From: Alphaproteobacteria bacterium
Lineage (GTDB): Bacteria > Pseudomonadota > Alphaproteobacteria > Bin95
Assembly (NCBI GenBank): GCA_965205265.1
Contig: CBDBGH010000003.1
Coordinates: 4,576,001 to 4,640,000, forward strand
Reading direction: 5' to 3'
DNA: 64,000 nt
Part shown: in pieces, positions 1 to 10,369 of the stretch
Numbering within the stretch: position 1 is the first letter of the stretch
Layout of the letters: the number at the start of each line of letters is the position of its first letter
The notes under the pieces: model-generated
What the model was told of the DNA's origin: nothing
What the model saw: the letters and a program-made list of their open reading frames with translations, nothing else
Database searches by the model: none
Program-made: the position numbers and the translations under genes

Positions 1-97
1 AGTTCACCGGCACGACCTCGTAGGGCACCGACAGCTCCTCGCATATCCAGATGACGCGAAAACCGCGGGTCTGCGGGGCATGGTAGATTTTCAGCAT
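1..97 (-). CDS. Glutathione S-transferase family protein, N-terminal part (runs off window edge)
   Basis: Manual translation MLKIYHAPQTRGFRVIWICEELSVPYEVVPVN is a typical GST N-terminal thioredoxin-fold start. Confidence 0.8.
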   Translation of the reverse strand, partial: MLKIYHAPQTRGFRVIWICEELSVPYEVVPVN

Positions 98-193
98 GAT
101 GACGCGCCTCCGGTCTTATGTGCTTATATGGCGCATAGTACGACAAACACGCCGCCGTTGAACCGAAGCCTTCGCAACCGGAGAGTGGCCGAC

Positions 194-1420
194 ATGCAGG
201 AGTTTTCGTTGAATACCGCGCCGGAGGACCTGGAAGACCGGTTCGCGGCCGCATTCGGCGGACAGGTCTCGGTCGAGCGCCCGCTCGCCGCCAGCGGCAT
301 GGGCGTGCGCGTGTCAGGCATCGACCTCAGCCGCCCCTTGCGTCCGGCGCAGGTGGAACTGCTGCTGGATACGCTCAGCCACTGCCGGTTGATGACGCTT
401 GCCGGACAGGACCTCGGCCGGTTTTCGCTCGCAGCGTTCGAACGCTTCGCGAATCACTGGGGCGCGCCGGTCGCGCATCCCTCGAACTTCCTGCGTGGCG
501 GCAAGCCGGCGCAGCAGGACGGCGCCAGCGACGGCGCCATCGCCTGGCGGCCCTACGCGGAGCGCAAGGTTGCCGCCGCCGACGCCACTCTGCCCGGGGA
601 GGTCGAATGCCTGCCGCACGAATCGCCGGCGGTGCTGGTCGCAACGAACCTGCTCGGCAACGGCGAGAGCGACGCGCCGACGCTGAAGAATGGCGGTTCC
701 TGGCACACCGACATTGAATACGAGCCCTTGCCGATCTATGTGTCGATGTTCCTCGTCCACCATGTGCCGGTGGCGCGCGAGGCATCCAACGGGCAATGGG
801 TCGAGCCGCCTGCCGATACGGGCCCGGCCCCCTACCATCCCGGTTCCGACGACGAGCTCATGGCGCTTCGCAAACGCCTGCCGCTGAACGGGGAGACCGC
901 CTTTGCCGACACCGCCGCCGCATTCGCCGCCCTGCCGCCGGAAGAACGGGCAAGGCTGGAGGCGCTCCGGGTCCGCCGCCGCCTGAACGCGGGCGACGAA
1001 GGCTGGCTGACGGAACTCGTGCGCACGGACCCGCGTTCCGGGGTCAAGTCGCTGCACAGCCCGGTCTGGGCCTCGCGGCCGGGAGTCCGCCCGCCGATCG
1101 AGGTCGACGGCATGACGCCGGAGGCCTCCCGCGCCTTTCTGGACGGCCTCGAGAAGCATGTCCTGCAGCCGCAATTCCGCTACGACCACCTGCACAGGCC
1201 GGGCGACGTCACCATCTGGAACAACTACATGTCCCTGCACAACTCGCCGCCGATCAAGATCGGAATCGACAAGGCGGACGATGCGCGGCTGCTCTACCGG
1301 CTGAGCTGCAAGGGCGCGCCCGCCCTCGTGCTGCCCCGCGACGACGATCCGTCCTGGATCGAGAGCCACATCACCGCAGGCTACCGCTCGCCGGACTCCA
1401 TCGTCGGCGGGGCGCGCTGA
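194..1420 (+). CDS. TauD/TfdA-family Fe(II)/2-oxoglutarate dioxygenase
   Basis: G-V-R-V-S-G-I-D-L start, WHTD motif, GETAFAD, and GDVTIWNNYMSLH..R C-terminus; ATG 194 follows GGAGAG. Confidence 0.85.
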   Translation: MQEFSLNTAPEDLEDRFAAAFGGQVSVERPLAASGMGVRVSGIDLSRPLRPAQVELLLDTLSHCRLMTLAGQDLGRFSLAAFERFANHWGAPVAHPSNFLRGGKPAQQDGASDGAIAWRPYAERKVAAADATLPGEVECLPHESPAVLVATNLLGNGESDAPTLKNGGSWHTDIEYEPLPIYVSMFLVHHVPVAREASNGQWVEPPADTGPAPYHPGSDDELMALRKRLPLNGETAFADTAAAFAALPPEERARLEALRVRRRLNAGDEGWLTELVRTDPRSGVKSLHSPVWASRPGVRPPIEVDGMTPEASRAFLDGLEKHVLQPQFRYDHLHRPGDVTIWNNYMSLHNSPPIKIGIDKADDARLLYRLSCKGAPALVLPRDDDPSWIESHITAGYRSPDSIVGGAR

Positions 1421-1636
1421 ATCGGGCCGGAGCCGATATGAACCGCTCCGGCTTTCCCGGAGGCTCCATCCTGTGAGCGGGGAGGAGCTGTCACGGGAAG
1501 ACTTCCGGCGCGATTTGACAACACGCAACGGTCTGGGCCTAACTGCCGCGGCGATGGGGGAAATTGACGCCCGCCGCCTTCGTGCATCTGGCGTACGACT
1601 CGCGCGCACGGTTAACGACACAGTGGGGAAACCGGA

Positions 1637-2671
1637 ATGAGAACCAAATCGACAATCGCCGCGGCCGCAGTGCTGTTCGCCGGTCTCGGCGCGTCCAGCG
1701 TGCCTGCGAGCGCAGCAGAGCAGTGGAGCATGGCCACGCCGTGGGGCGGCGGGCCGCTGCTCGAATACACCGCCAAGGGCATTGCCCAGGAGATCGAGTT
1801 CCTCACAAACGGTGAGATCAAGGTCGAGGTGTTCCCGGGCGGCACGCTCGGCAAGGCGCTCAAAGTGACCGACACCGTGCGCAAGGGCGTCGCGGAAATC
1901 AGCCACAACTGGGCCGGTTACGACTGGGGCGTCGACCGGACGGGCGTGCTGTTCGGCGGCTTCGCCGGCACCATGGAACACGAGAAGATGGTCCACTGGA
2001 TGTTCCGCGGCGGCGGCGCCGACCTGCTGATGGAGTGGCGCCTGGCGAAGTTCGACGTGGCCTCCGTTCCTTGCGGTTCCGCGCCTCCGGAAGTGTTCAT
2101 GCACAGCCACAAGCGCGTTTCCTCGCTGGCCGACTACGAGGGCATGAAGGTACGCACGTCCGGCGCCTGGGCCGAGATCGCGCAAACGCTCGGCGCGTCC
2201 ACGGTCATCCTGCCCGGCGCCGAGGTCTATCCGGCGCTCGAGCGCAAGGTGGTGGACGGCATCGAGTGGGGCACACCGTGGATGAACGAGTCGGCCGGCT
2301 ATGAGAAGATCGCCAAATACATCGTCGTGCCCGGCATCCATCAGCCGACCGCGTTCCACGAGTGCCAGATCAACAAGGCCGTCTGGGACAAGCTCTCCGA
2401 CCGCAACAAGACGCTGCTTCGCCGTGCGGGCGAGCGCATGACGTTCAACTTCTGGATGGAAATCGGCCATCAGGACGCGCCGGCCTTCCAGAACTTCCTG
2501 AAGGGCGGCAACGAGGTCGTGGATCTCGATGCGGACTTCATCGCCAAGGCCAAGACCGCCACGGACGAGTGGGCTGCCAAGCAGGCCGGCGAGAACGAGT
2601 GGTTCGCGCGCGTCTGGAAGAGCCAGCAGGACTACGCCGCGACGTGGTCCGAGGCGCACCGCTACCGCTAG
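1637..2671 (+). CDS. dctP: TRAP transporter substrate-binding protein
   Basis: Signal peptide, TNGEIKVEVFPGG, GMKVRT, EVYPALERKVVDGIEW. Confidence 0.92.
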   Translation: MRTKSTIAAAAVLFAGLGASSVPASAAEQWSMATPWGGGPLLEYTAKGIAQEIEFLTNGEIKVEVFPGGTLGKALKVTDTVRKGVAEISHNWAGYDWGVDRTGVLFGGFAGTMEHEKMVHWMFRGGGADLLMEWRLAKFDVASVPCGSAPPEVFMHSHKRVSSLADYEGMKVRTSGAWAEIAQTLGASTVILPGAEVYPALERKVVDGIEWGTPWMNESAGYEKIAKYIVVPGIHQPTAFHECQINKAVWDKLSDRNKTLLRRAGERMTFNFWMEIGHQDAPAFQNFLKGGNEVVDLDADFIAKAKTATDEWAAKQAGENEWFARVWKSQQDYAATWSEAHRYR

Positions 2672-2784
2672 CGGCGGCCAGCCGGGCGGGCCATGAGGCC
2701 CGCCCGGTTCCTTTTGCGGTGTCCCCGGCCGTCGCGGCCGGGGCTTCACGCCCGGTTTGCCTCAGCGATGAGGAGTGACACGGC

Positions 2785-3321
2785 ATGGTTGCCCTCATCA
2801 GGGGAATAGAGCGCCTCTCCCAGTCCCTTGGCGTGGTCGGCGGCTGGGTCATGGCGCCGCTCATCTTGTCCATGGTCTATGAGGTGCTGGCGCGCCACCT
2901 GTTCGACGCGCCGACCTTCTGGGCCTATGAGGTAGGCTACATGCTCGCCGGCACCTGCTACCTGTGCGGCATGGCGTATTGCATGAAGGAGCGCGGCCAC
3001 ATCCGCGTCGACTTCATCTACGACAATATCGGGCCGAAGGGCCGGGCGGCGGTGGATGTCTGCGGCTTCGTGTTCCTGATGTTGCCGGGCGCGATCTGGG
3101 TCACCTTCGGACTCTACGAATATGCCCGGGAGGCATTCGAGAGCGGTGAGGTTTCCGGTGAATCCGCCTGGAACCCTGTGATCTGGCCGTTCAGGACGGT
3201 CTGGGCGGTGGCCTTCACGGTGCTCTGCCTGCAGGCGTTCGCCGAGCTTCTCAGGTCGGCGCGCGTGCTGCTGGGCCTGGCCGAGGAGGAAGGCTTCGAG
3301 CCGCATGGAGCCGAGCTGTGA
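2785..3321 (+). CDS. dctQ: TRAP transporter small permease
   Basis: Four hydrophobic segments, YEVLARHLF, GHIRVD. Confidence 0.92.
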   Translation: MVALIRGIERLSQSLGVVGGWVMAPLILSMVYEVLARHLFDAPTFWAYEVGYMLAGTCYLCGMAYCMKERGHIRVDFIYDNIGPKGRAAVDVCGFVFLMLPGAIWVTFGLYEYAREAFESGEVSGESAWNPVIWPFRTVWAVAFTVLCLQAFAELLRSARVLLGLAEEEGFEPHGAEL

Positions 3322-4640
3322 CCCTCGGCATCGGCCTCATGATGTTCCCCGCCCTGATGGTGGCCATCTTCATGGGCTTCCCCGTGGCGTGGTCGCTGAT
3401 GGGAATCGCCCTCATCTTCGGCTACTACCGCTTCGGCGACGCGCTCGTCTATCAGCTCGTGGCGAAGGTGGACGACGTCGCCTCCTACTACGTGCTCGCC
3501 GCCGTGCCGCTGTTCGTCTTCATGGGCGTGATGCTGGAGCGCTCCGGCATCGCCGAGCGCCTGTTCGAGGCCATTCACCTGTGGACCCGCCGGCTGCCGG
3601 GCGGCCTGGCGGTCGGCACCGTGCTGCTGTGCGTGGTATTCGCCGCGGCGAGCGGCGTTGTGGGGGCGACCGAGTCGGTGGTCGGGCTGCTCGCCATCCC
3701 GATCATGCTGCGCTACGCCTACAACAAGGGCCTCATTTCCGGCACCATCTGCGCGGGCGGCTCGCTCGGCACCATCATCCCGCCGTCGGTGGTAGTGGTC
3801 ATCCTCGGCCCGGTGGCCGACGTGTCGGTAGGCGACCTGTTCGTCGGCATGCTGTTCCCGGGACTGCTGCTCGCGCTGTCCTACGTGCTCTACATTCTGG
3901 TGCGGTGCATGCTGAAGCCCGAGGACGGACCGCGCCTGCCGCCGAGCGACGACGACCCGCCCCTGGCTCAGCGCATCTACATAACGGCGACGGCCATGAT
4001 GCCGCCGCTGGTGCTCATCTTCGCCGTGCTCGGCACGATCATGCTCGGCTGGGCGACGCCTACCGAGGCGGCGGCGATGGGCGCCATCGGCACCGTCATC
4101 CTGACCGTCGTATATGGCCGGTTCAACGTCGCCACCCTGCACGCCGCGTTCATGAAGACGCTCCAGGTGACGGCCATGATCCTGACCATTCTGCTCGGCG
4201 GGACCATGTTCGCCGGCGTGTTCGTCGCGCTCGGCGGGATCAGCGCCGTGGAAGGGCTGCTGGCGGCGGCGAACCTCTCCGCGACCGCGACCATCTTCAT
4301 CCTGCTGTTCATCGCCTTCATCGCCGGCTTCGTGCTCGACCTGATCTCCATCGTGCTGATCATCATCCCGGTGGCGGTCGCGGTGCTGCGCAAGATGGGC
4401 GTCGATGACGTGTGGTTCTGCATCATGTTCCTGATCGTCATCCAGACCAGCTACCTGACGCCGCCGATGGCGCCTGCCATCTTCTACCTGCGCGGCATCA
4501 GCCCGCCGGAGATCAAGCTCGCAGACATGTATCGCGGCGTGATCCCGTTCATTGTCCTGGAACTGGTGGTGCTGGCGCTGGTGTACTGGTTCCCGGGCCT
4601 GGCGCTGTGGCTGCCGAGCGTGGTGTTCAAGACGTTCTAG
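3318..4640 (+). CDS. dctM: TRAP transporter large permease
   Basis: LAAVPLFVFMG, GSLGTIIPPS, ATPTEAAA, SYLTPP; GTGA overlap with dctQ. Confidence 0.93.
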   Translation: MTLGIGLMMFPALMVAIFMGFPVAWSLMGIALIFGYYRFGDALVYQLVAKVDDVASYYVLAAVPLFVFMGVMLERSGIAERLFEAIHLWTRRLPGGLAVGTVLLCVVFAAASGVVGATESVVGLLAIPIMLRYAYNKGLISGTICAGGSLGTIIPPSVVVVILGPVADVSVGDLFVGMLFPGLLLALSYVLYILVRCMLKPEDGPRLPPSDDDPPLAQRIYITATAMMPPLVLIFAVLGTIMLGWATPTEAAAMGAIGTVILTVVYGRFNVATLHAAFMKTLQVTAMILTILLGGTMFAGVFVALGGISAVEGLLAAANLSATATIFILLFIAFIAGFVLDLISIVLIIIPVAVAVLRKMGVDDVWFCIMFLIVIQTSYLTPPMAPAIFYLRGISPPEIKLADMYRGVIPFIVLELVVLALVYWFPGLALWLPSVVFKTF

Positions 4641-4692
4641 CCGCGGTGCGATGGTGGTGGAGTGCCGATCGATCTCTGAGGTTGGGTAATTC

Positions 4693-5508
4693 ATGGCCGG
4701 AGCTCATTCCACCGGATCGTCGGGCAGGAATGCGCCGCTATCGGGCGGCGGCGTCGATATCCGCTTCGACGCCGGCGGCAGCGGGGCGCCGGTGCTGGTC
4801 ATGCTGCACGGCATCGGCGGCAATGCGGCGGTGTGGAGCCGGATGCTGCCGGTTGTGGAGCGGCGCTGGCCGGGACGCTGGGTCGCCGTCGATCTGCGCG
4901 GCCACGGGCGCTCGGCCCACGCGCCGCCTTACGGCTACGGCGTCTTCGCCGCCGACCTGGCAGGCGCGATCGGCGACCCGGAGGACGAACCGGTCCTGCT
5001 CGGCCATTCGATGGGCGGCGTCGTGGCGATGGCGCTGGCGACCGGGTGGTTCGGCGTCAAGGTGCGCCATGTCTTCGCCTTCGGCGTCAAGATCGGCTGG
5101 ACGGCGGACGAGGTCGCGCGGATGAAGGCGCTGGCCGCCAGGCCGGCACGCGTCTTCGACAACCGCGCGGAAGCGGCCGAGCGCTATCTCAGGGTCTCGG
5201 GCCTCGCCGGCCTTGTGGACCCCGCCGCGCCGGAGGCTCTGGCCGGCATCGTCGAGGCGGAGGGCGGCTTCCGGCTGGCGGCCGACCAGGGCATCTACGC
5301 CGCCGCCGGGCCTGAGGTCGGCAATCTCTACCGGGCTGCGGCGGCGCCGGTCCGGCTCGCCGCCGGCGAAGCCGACCCGATGGTGTCGCTGGCCGAGATG
5401 CAGGCGCTCGATCCGCAGGCCGCGCTGCTGCCCGGCCTCGGCCACAACTGCCATGTCGAGGCGCCGGAGCGGGTCTGGGAGCAGTTGGAAAGGACCCTGG
5501 AGGGTTGA
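4693..5508 (+). CDS. Alpha/beta-fold hydrolase
   Basis: LHGIGG, DLRGHGRS, GHSMGG nucleophile elbow, C-terminal GH; start uncertain. Confidence 0.85.
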   Translation: MAGAHSTGSSGRNAPLSGGGVDIRFDAGGSGAPVLVMLHGIGGNAAVWSRMLPVVERRWPGRWVAVDLRGHGRSAHAPPYGYGVFAADLAGAIGDPEDEPVLLGHSMGGVVAMALATGWFGVKVRHVFAFGVKIGWTADEVARMKALAARPARVFDNRAEAAERYLRVSGLAGLVDPAAPEALAGIVEAEGGFRLAADQGIYAAAGPEVGNLYRAAAAPVRLAAGEADPMVSLAEMQALDPQAALLPGLGHNCHVEAPERVWEQLERTLEG

Positions 5509-5516
5509 AGGCGAGG

Positions 5517-6830
5517 ATGAAGCGCCAACTCCACCTGAACCTGTTCATCTATGCCCGCGGGCACCATGAGGCGGCCTGGCGGCACCCCAGGGCTCCCCGG
5601 CGCGAATTGCTGGACATAGACCATATCGTCGAATGCGCGCGGAAGGCCGAGGCGGCGCACATGGACTCGATCTTCCTCGCCGATACGCTGGGGCTGGCGC
5701 CCGACTCGGACCGCACGGCGCGCATGTATCTGGACCCGTTCACCACGCTGGCGGCAACCGCCATGGCGACCAGCCGTATCGGGCTCATCGGCACGGCTTC
5801 GACGACGCATTCCGAGCCCTTCAATATCGCGCGCATGTTCGCCTCGCTAGACCATATCAGCCGGGGGCGGGCAGGCTGGAACATCGTGACGTCGTTCAGC
5901 ATCGCCGGGGCCAACAATTTCGACAGCAGGGGCCGGCGCTCCCATGCCGACCGGTACGAGCGCGCGGACGAGTTCGTGGAGGTCGCCAAGAAACTCTGGG
6001 ACAGCTGGGCGGACGACGCCATCCTGGACGACCGCGAGGCCGGCTACTACTACCGCCGCGAACGGGTCAGGCCCATCGACCACCACGGCCCCCACTACGA
6101 TGTGGCGGGACCCCTGAACATTCCGCGCGGCCCCCAGGGGTGGCCGGTGCTCGTCCAGGCCGGGTCGTCGGACACCGGCAAGAGCTTCGCGGCAAGGCAT
6201 GCCGAGGCGGTTTTCACCGCCCACATGACCAAGGCGACCGCGCAGGAGTTCTACAAGGACCTGAAGGCGCGAACGGTGGCCGGCGGACGGCCCGCGGACC
6301 AGTGCCTGGTCCTGCCCGGCATCAGCATGGTCATAGCCGGCACGGAGGCCGAGGCCAGGCGAATGGAACGGGAGCTCAACGAGATGGCGGATGTCGAGTC
6401 GAGCCTCTCCCGCCTCTCCCAGCGTTTCGACGGCCATGACTTTTCGCATATCCCACTCGACCGCGTGCTCACCGCCGGCGATTTCCCCGACCCGGCCGAG
6501 AACCAGAGTTCGCGCGGCCGCACGGAGTTGATTGTCGGCGCCGTCATGCGGGAGAATCTGACCATGCGGCAGCTGCTGGGGAAGCTGGCCGGCGCACGCG
6601 GGCACTTCGTCATGGCCGGAACGCCCGAACAGGTCGCCGACACCATCGAAGAGTGGATCGACGACGGCGCGGCCGACGGTTTCAACGTCATGCCGCTGCT
6701 TCTCCCGCATATGCTGGATGCGTTCGCCGACGAGGTGGTGCCGATCCTCAAGCGCCGCGGGCGCTTCCGCACGGCGTATGCTGGCGCGACGCTGCGCGAC
6801 CATTACGGTCTGCAGCGGCCGGCGGCGTAA
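5517..6830 (+). CDS. NtaA/DszA-type FMN-dependent luciferase-like monooxygenase
   Basis: AWRHP, FLAD, FASLDHISRGRAGWNIVTS, PQGWPVLVQAGSS, TLRDHYGL. Confidence 0.92.
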   Translation: MKRQLHLNLFIYARGHHEAAWRHPRAPRRELLDIDHIVECARKAEAAHMDSIFLADTLGLAPDSDRTARMYLDPFTTLAATAMATSRIGLIGTASTTHSEPFNIARMFASLDHISRGRAGWNIVTSFSIAGANNFDSRGRRSHADRYERADEFVEVAKKLWDSWADDAILDDREAGYYYRRERVRPIDHHGPHYDVAGPLNIPRGPQGWPVLVQAGSSDTGKSFAARHAEAVFTAHMTKATAQEFYKDLKARTVAGGRPADQCLVLPGISMVIAGTEAEARRMERELNEMADVESSLSRLSQRFDGHDFSHIPLDRVLTAGDFPDPAENQSSRGRTELIVGAVMRENLTMRQLLGKLAGARGHFVMAGTPEQVADTIEEWIDDGAADGFNVMPLLLPHMLDAFADEVVPILKRRGRFRTAYAGATLRDHYGLQRPAA

Positions 6831-6865
6831 CGCCCCGGCCCGATTTCCAGAAAGGAACACGAGAC

Positions 6866-8170
6866 ATGGCGGACGGCAGGCGGGCGAATGGCGGGGCCGC
6901 ACGGCACATCGACGAGGCCGTGCGCGCGATGACGCTGAACTACGGGGACGCCAGCGGCTGTCTGGCCGAGGCGCGCGAAGCCGATCCCGGCTGCGCGATG
7001 GCGGACCTCCTCGAAGCCTGGCTCCTGGCGCTGACCAAGGACGGAGCCCAGCTGGCGCGCGCGCGGGAGCTGCTCCCCGGCGTCGCCGGGGCCGGACTGA
7101 CGGAGCGCGAAGCGCGGCATCTGGCGGCGCTGCGCTTTGCTGCGAACGGCCGATGGGCGTCGGCGGTCGCCGTGCTCGACCGCCATCTGATGGACGACCC
7201 GCACGATCTGGCCGGCCATCAATGCGCGCTGCGCCTCGACGGCTATCTCGGCCGCTTCCATCGCGAGGCCGCCCGCGCCGCCCGCGCCTTGCCGTTCTGG
7301 TCGAAGGACGAGCCCGGCTACGGCATCATGCTGTCGTTCTACGGTTTCGGCCTGGAGGAGCTGGGAGATTTCGCCCGCGCGGAGGACGTCGCCCGCACCG
7401 CAGCGGAACTGGAGCCCTACGGCTACTGGCCGCACCACACCGTCTCCCACGTGCTGGAGATGACCGGCCGGCCGGAAGAGGGCATCGCCTGGATGGACGG
7501 CCGCCTGCCCTACTGGTCGGACCCGAAATGCAACAACCGGGTCCATATCTGGTGGCACAAGGCGCTGTACCACATCGAACTCGGCGAGTTCGAGGAGGCG
7601 CTTGCGCTCTATGACGACGAAATCCTGCCTGCGATGCGCGTGGCCGGCACACAGCTTTGCAATGCCGCGTCGCTGCTCTGGCGGCTCGAGACGCTCGGTT
7701 GCGAGGCGGGCGAACGCTGGAGCCGGCTGCTCCCGCTCTGGCAGGGGCTGCTCCCCGGCATGACGAGCCCGTTCAACGAGGTCCATGCCGCGATGACCGC
7801 GCTGCGCGCCGGCGACAGGGCCGCCTACGAAACGGTGCTGGACGGCATGAAGCGAACGGCTGCCGCGAACGGCGAACTCGCGCCCGCCTATCGGAACATT
7901 TCCATCCCCGCCGCCGAGGCCATGGCGTGCTTCACCGACGGCGACTATGCCGGCGCCGTCGATGGCCTGCTCACGGCCGAAACCCATCTCTGGCGCATGG
8001 GCGGCAGCGTTGCGCAGCGCGACCTTGTGGCGTGGACGCTCGCCGCAGCCGCCATCCGCACAGGCCGGCGCAATGTTGCGCTGTCGCTCGCCAACGAACG
8101 GCTGGCGCTCAGGCCCGGGAGCGCCGTGAACCGGCGCTTCCTGCAGGAGGCCCAAGCCATCGCGGCCTGA
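6866..8170 (+). CDS. TTC38-like tetratricopeptide repeat protein
   Basis: FGLEELG, HTVSHVLEM, HIWWHKAL, AASLLWRL, GGSVAQRDL motifs; RBS AAAGGA upstream. Confidence 0.8.
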   Translation: MADGRRANGGAARHIDEAVRAMTLNYGDASGCLAEAREADPGCAMADLLEAWLLALTKDGAQLARARELLPGVAGAGLTEREARHLAALRFAANGRWASAVAVLDRHLMDDPHDLAGHQCALRLDGYLGRFHREAARAARALPFWSKDEPGYGIMLSFYGFGLEELGDFARAEDVARTAAELEPYGYWPHHTVSHVLEMTGRPEEGIAWMDGRLPYWSDPKCNNRVHIWWHKALYHIELGEFEEALALYDDEILPAMRVAGTQLCNAASLLWRLETLGCEAGERWSRLLPLWQGLLPGMTSPFNEVHAAMTALRAGDRAAYETVLDGMKRTAAANGELAPAYRNISIPAAEAMACFTDGDYAGAVDGLLTAETHLWRMGGSVAQRDLVAWTLAAAAIRTGRRNVALSLANERLALRPGSAVNRRFLQEAQAIAA

Positions 8171-8248
8171 CGCTCACGGATGCAAACCGCGACCGGCGGG
8201 GGGCAATATTCCCGGCGCCGGGCAGGGATGACGGCGCCCGGCGGCAGC

Positions 8249-9304
8249 TAGAGCAGATTCGTTTCATTTGGGTTCATATCCGCATGCAGTGAAGAAGCTT
8301 CGGGCGTCCTGTGGAGTGACAGCATCGATGGCGTCGCGGATCGCATCCCAGAGCGTATGGACGGAGCGTGCTGCGGCCTTTTTCAGGAGAGCCTTGATTT
8401 TGGAGAAGGCCATCTCGATGGGGTTGAAGTCGGGGCTGTAGGGCGGCAGGAACAGGATGCCGGCGCCTGTGGCCTCGATAGCTTCTCGGATGGCGATGGG
8501 CTTGTGGGCCGGCAGATTGTCGAGGATGACGGTGTCGCCTGGCCTCAGGGTCGGGGCCAGGACCTGTTCGACATAGGCAAGGAAGGCTGCCCCGGTCATC
8601 GCCCCATCGATGGTCATGGGGGCGAGGATGCCGTCGAGCGTGAGGCCGGCGACCAAAGTGGTGGTCTTCCAGTGACCATGGGGGACGGGAGCGCGGCAAC
8701 GCTCGCCCCTGGGAGCCCGGCCATACATGCGGGCCATCTTGGTCGAGGTCCCGCTTTCGTCGATGAAGATCAGGCGCTCGGGGTCGAGCCCGGGCTGGTC
8801 TTCGAACCAGGCCTGACGCCGGCGTGCGACGTCCGGTCGGTCCTGCTCGGCAGCATGGGCCGTCTTTTTTTGCGCGTGATGCCGCGACGCTTGAAGAACC
8901 CATGCACCACGCTGGGCGGCGGCCGGTAGCCGACCGCCTCCTCAAGCCTGGCCGCGATCTCCTGGAGGGTCAGGTCGGGCTCCACCTCAACCCACCCCAT
9001 GATCAGATCGCCGTGACCCTCAATGCGCCCTGGACGGCTACCGCCGCGTGGCTTCGGCGAGAGGTCGCCTGTCAGGCGCGATTGGCTCACCCAGCGGATC
9101 GCAGACGACACCCCGACGCCAAAACGCGCCGCAGCCTGCCGACGCGACATCCCGGACTCAACCGCTGCAACCACGCGCCGACGAAGATCAACAGAAAGAG
9201 ACTGCGCCATGCGAGCTGGCCTCCTTCACCAGCCCCCATCGTGAATCACATAATCCGCCAATTGGGAATCCCTCAACGATTCAATCGCCCGCGAATTCGC
9301 TCTA
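8249..9304 (-). mobile_element. IS630-family insertion sequence
   Basis: Ends TAGAGCAGATTCG and (reverse complement) TAGAGCGAATTCG, each within CTAG (8248-8251, 9302-9305), consistent with TA duplication; two-ORF transposase. Confidence 0.92.
8264..9210 (-). CDS. IS630 transposase, OrfA (HTH) plus OrfB (DDE) joined by -1 frameshift
   Basis: Orf[21 protein letters not shown]; Orf[28 protein letters not shown]; slippery AAAAAAAG at 8864-8871 on minus strand. Confidence 0.88.
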
Positions 9305-10129
9305 GTGATAGGGGCGGTCGCCCTTGACGGTCACGCGCACGCCGCTTCTCGTTTCGGGATAGTAGTCCCAGGTCGCATGGTGCTGCGTGCAGCGGTTGTC
9401 CCACATGGCGATCGAGTTCGTCTCCCATCGGAACCGGCACTGGAACTGCGGATTGGCGTTGTGCGCATAGAGGAACTCGAGCAGCGCGTTGCTCTCCGCC
9501 TGCGTCATGCCCACGATGTTCTGCGTGAAGGGCCGGTTCACATAGATCAGCTTGCGGCCGGTTTCGGGGTGGGTGCGGATCACCGGGTGTATCGCGTGCG
9601 GATGTTCCTCCCGGCGCAGGCCGCCGCCGATCTGTTCGTAGCGGTTGATATGCACGTCGGCGGTGTGCAGCGCCTCCAGCGGCTCGAGGACGCTCTTCAT
9701 GGTGTCGGAGAGAGCGTCGTAGGCGGCATACATGTTCGCGAACAGCGTGTCGCCGCCAACCGACGGCACCGTGCTCAGGTGCAGGATGCTCGCCATCGGC
9801 GGCTCTTCGTCGGCGCTCACGTCCGAGTGCCAGTCGGTGCCCTCGGCGAAGGGCGAGGTCGCGTCGGCGTGGATCTTCATGAGCTCCGGCCGGTCGTCCA
9901 CGCATGGCGCGGACGGGTGGATGTGGAGCTCGCCGAAGCGGCTGCCGAACGCCACATGCTGGTCGTGGGTGATGTCCTGATCGCGAAAGAAGAGCACAAG
10001 ATGCTCGAGCAGCCCCCCGTGCAGCGTGCGGAAAGTCTCGTCGTCGAGCGGCTCACGCAAGTCCACGCCATGCACTTCCGCGCCGATATGGCGAGTGAGC
10101 GGCCTGAACTCGATAACGTCGTTCCGCAT
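9302..10129 (-). CDS. TauD-family dioxygenase (taurine dioxygenase-like)
   Basis: IGAEVHGVDL, WHSDVS, GGDTLFANM, HPVIRTHPETGRK, MWDNRCTQH; RBS AGGAGGAG. Confidence 0.92.
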   Translation of the reverse strand: MRNDVIEFRPLTRHIGAEVHGVDLREPLDDETFRTLHGGLLEHLVLFFRDQDITHDQHVAFGSRFGELHIHPSAPCVDDRPELMKIHADATSPFAEGTDWHSDVSADEEPPMASILHLSTVPSVGGDTLFANMYAAYDALSDTMKSVLEPLEALHTADVHINRYEQIGGGLRREEHPHAIHPVIRTHPETGRKLIYVNRPFTQNIVGMTQAESNALLEFLYAHNANPQFQCRFRWETNSIAMWDNRCTQHHATWDYYPETRSGVRVTVKGDRPYH

Positions 10130-10369
10130 TTTCTCCTCCTTTTGCGCACGGACATACCAGTGCCGGCAATCATGCGCAATCCGGCAGGGAGGCGTCAACG
10201 ATTCCATTCGCCCCGCTCGGAGCCGGTTGCGCCGGACGGCTTCGAACGCAGGAGGACGAGAGTCTACCGACCGACAGGCGGACGCAGGGCCGGCAGCACC
10301 ATGCAGGCCATGACCGCGATGAGAAATGCGGGTTAGGGTAGGCGGCGGCTCGGACGGGAGGGCGCGGCG

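Noticed and set aside
314-2749. Long antisense ORFs such as 314-2749, 46655-48826, 54203-56395 and 57351-60431
   Set aside because: They are shadows of well-supported genes on the opposite strand, common in GC-rich DNA, and carry no recognisable motifs.
10130-10369. Guanidine riboswitch upstream of DUF1989
   Set aside because: No ykkC core motifs or paired ACGR-loop hairpins are discernible.
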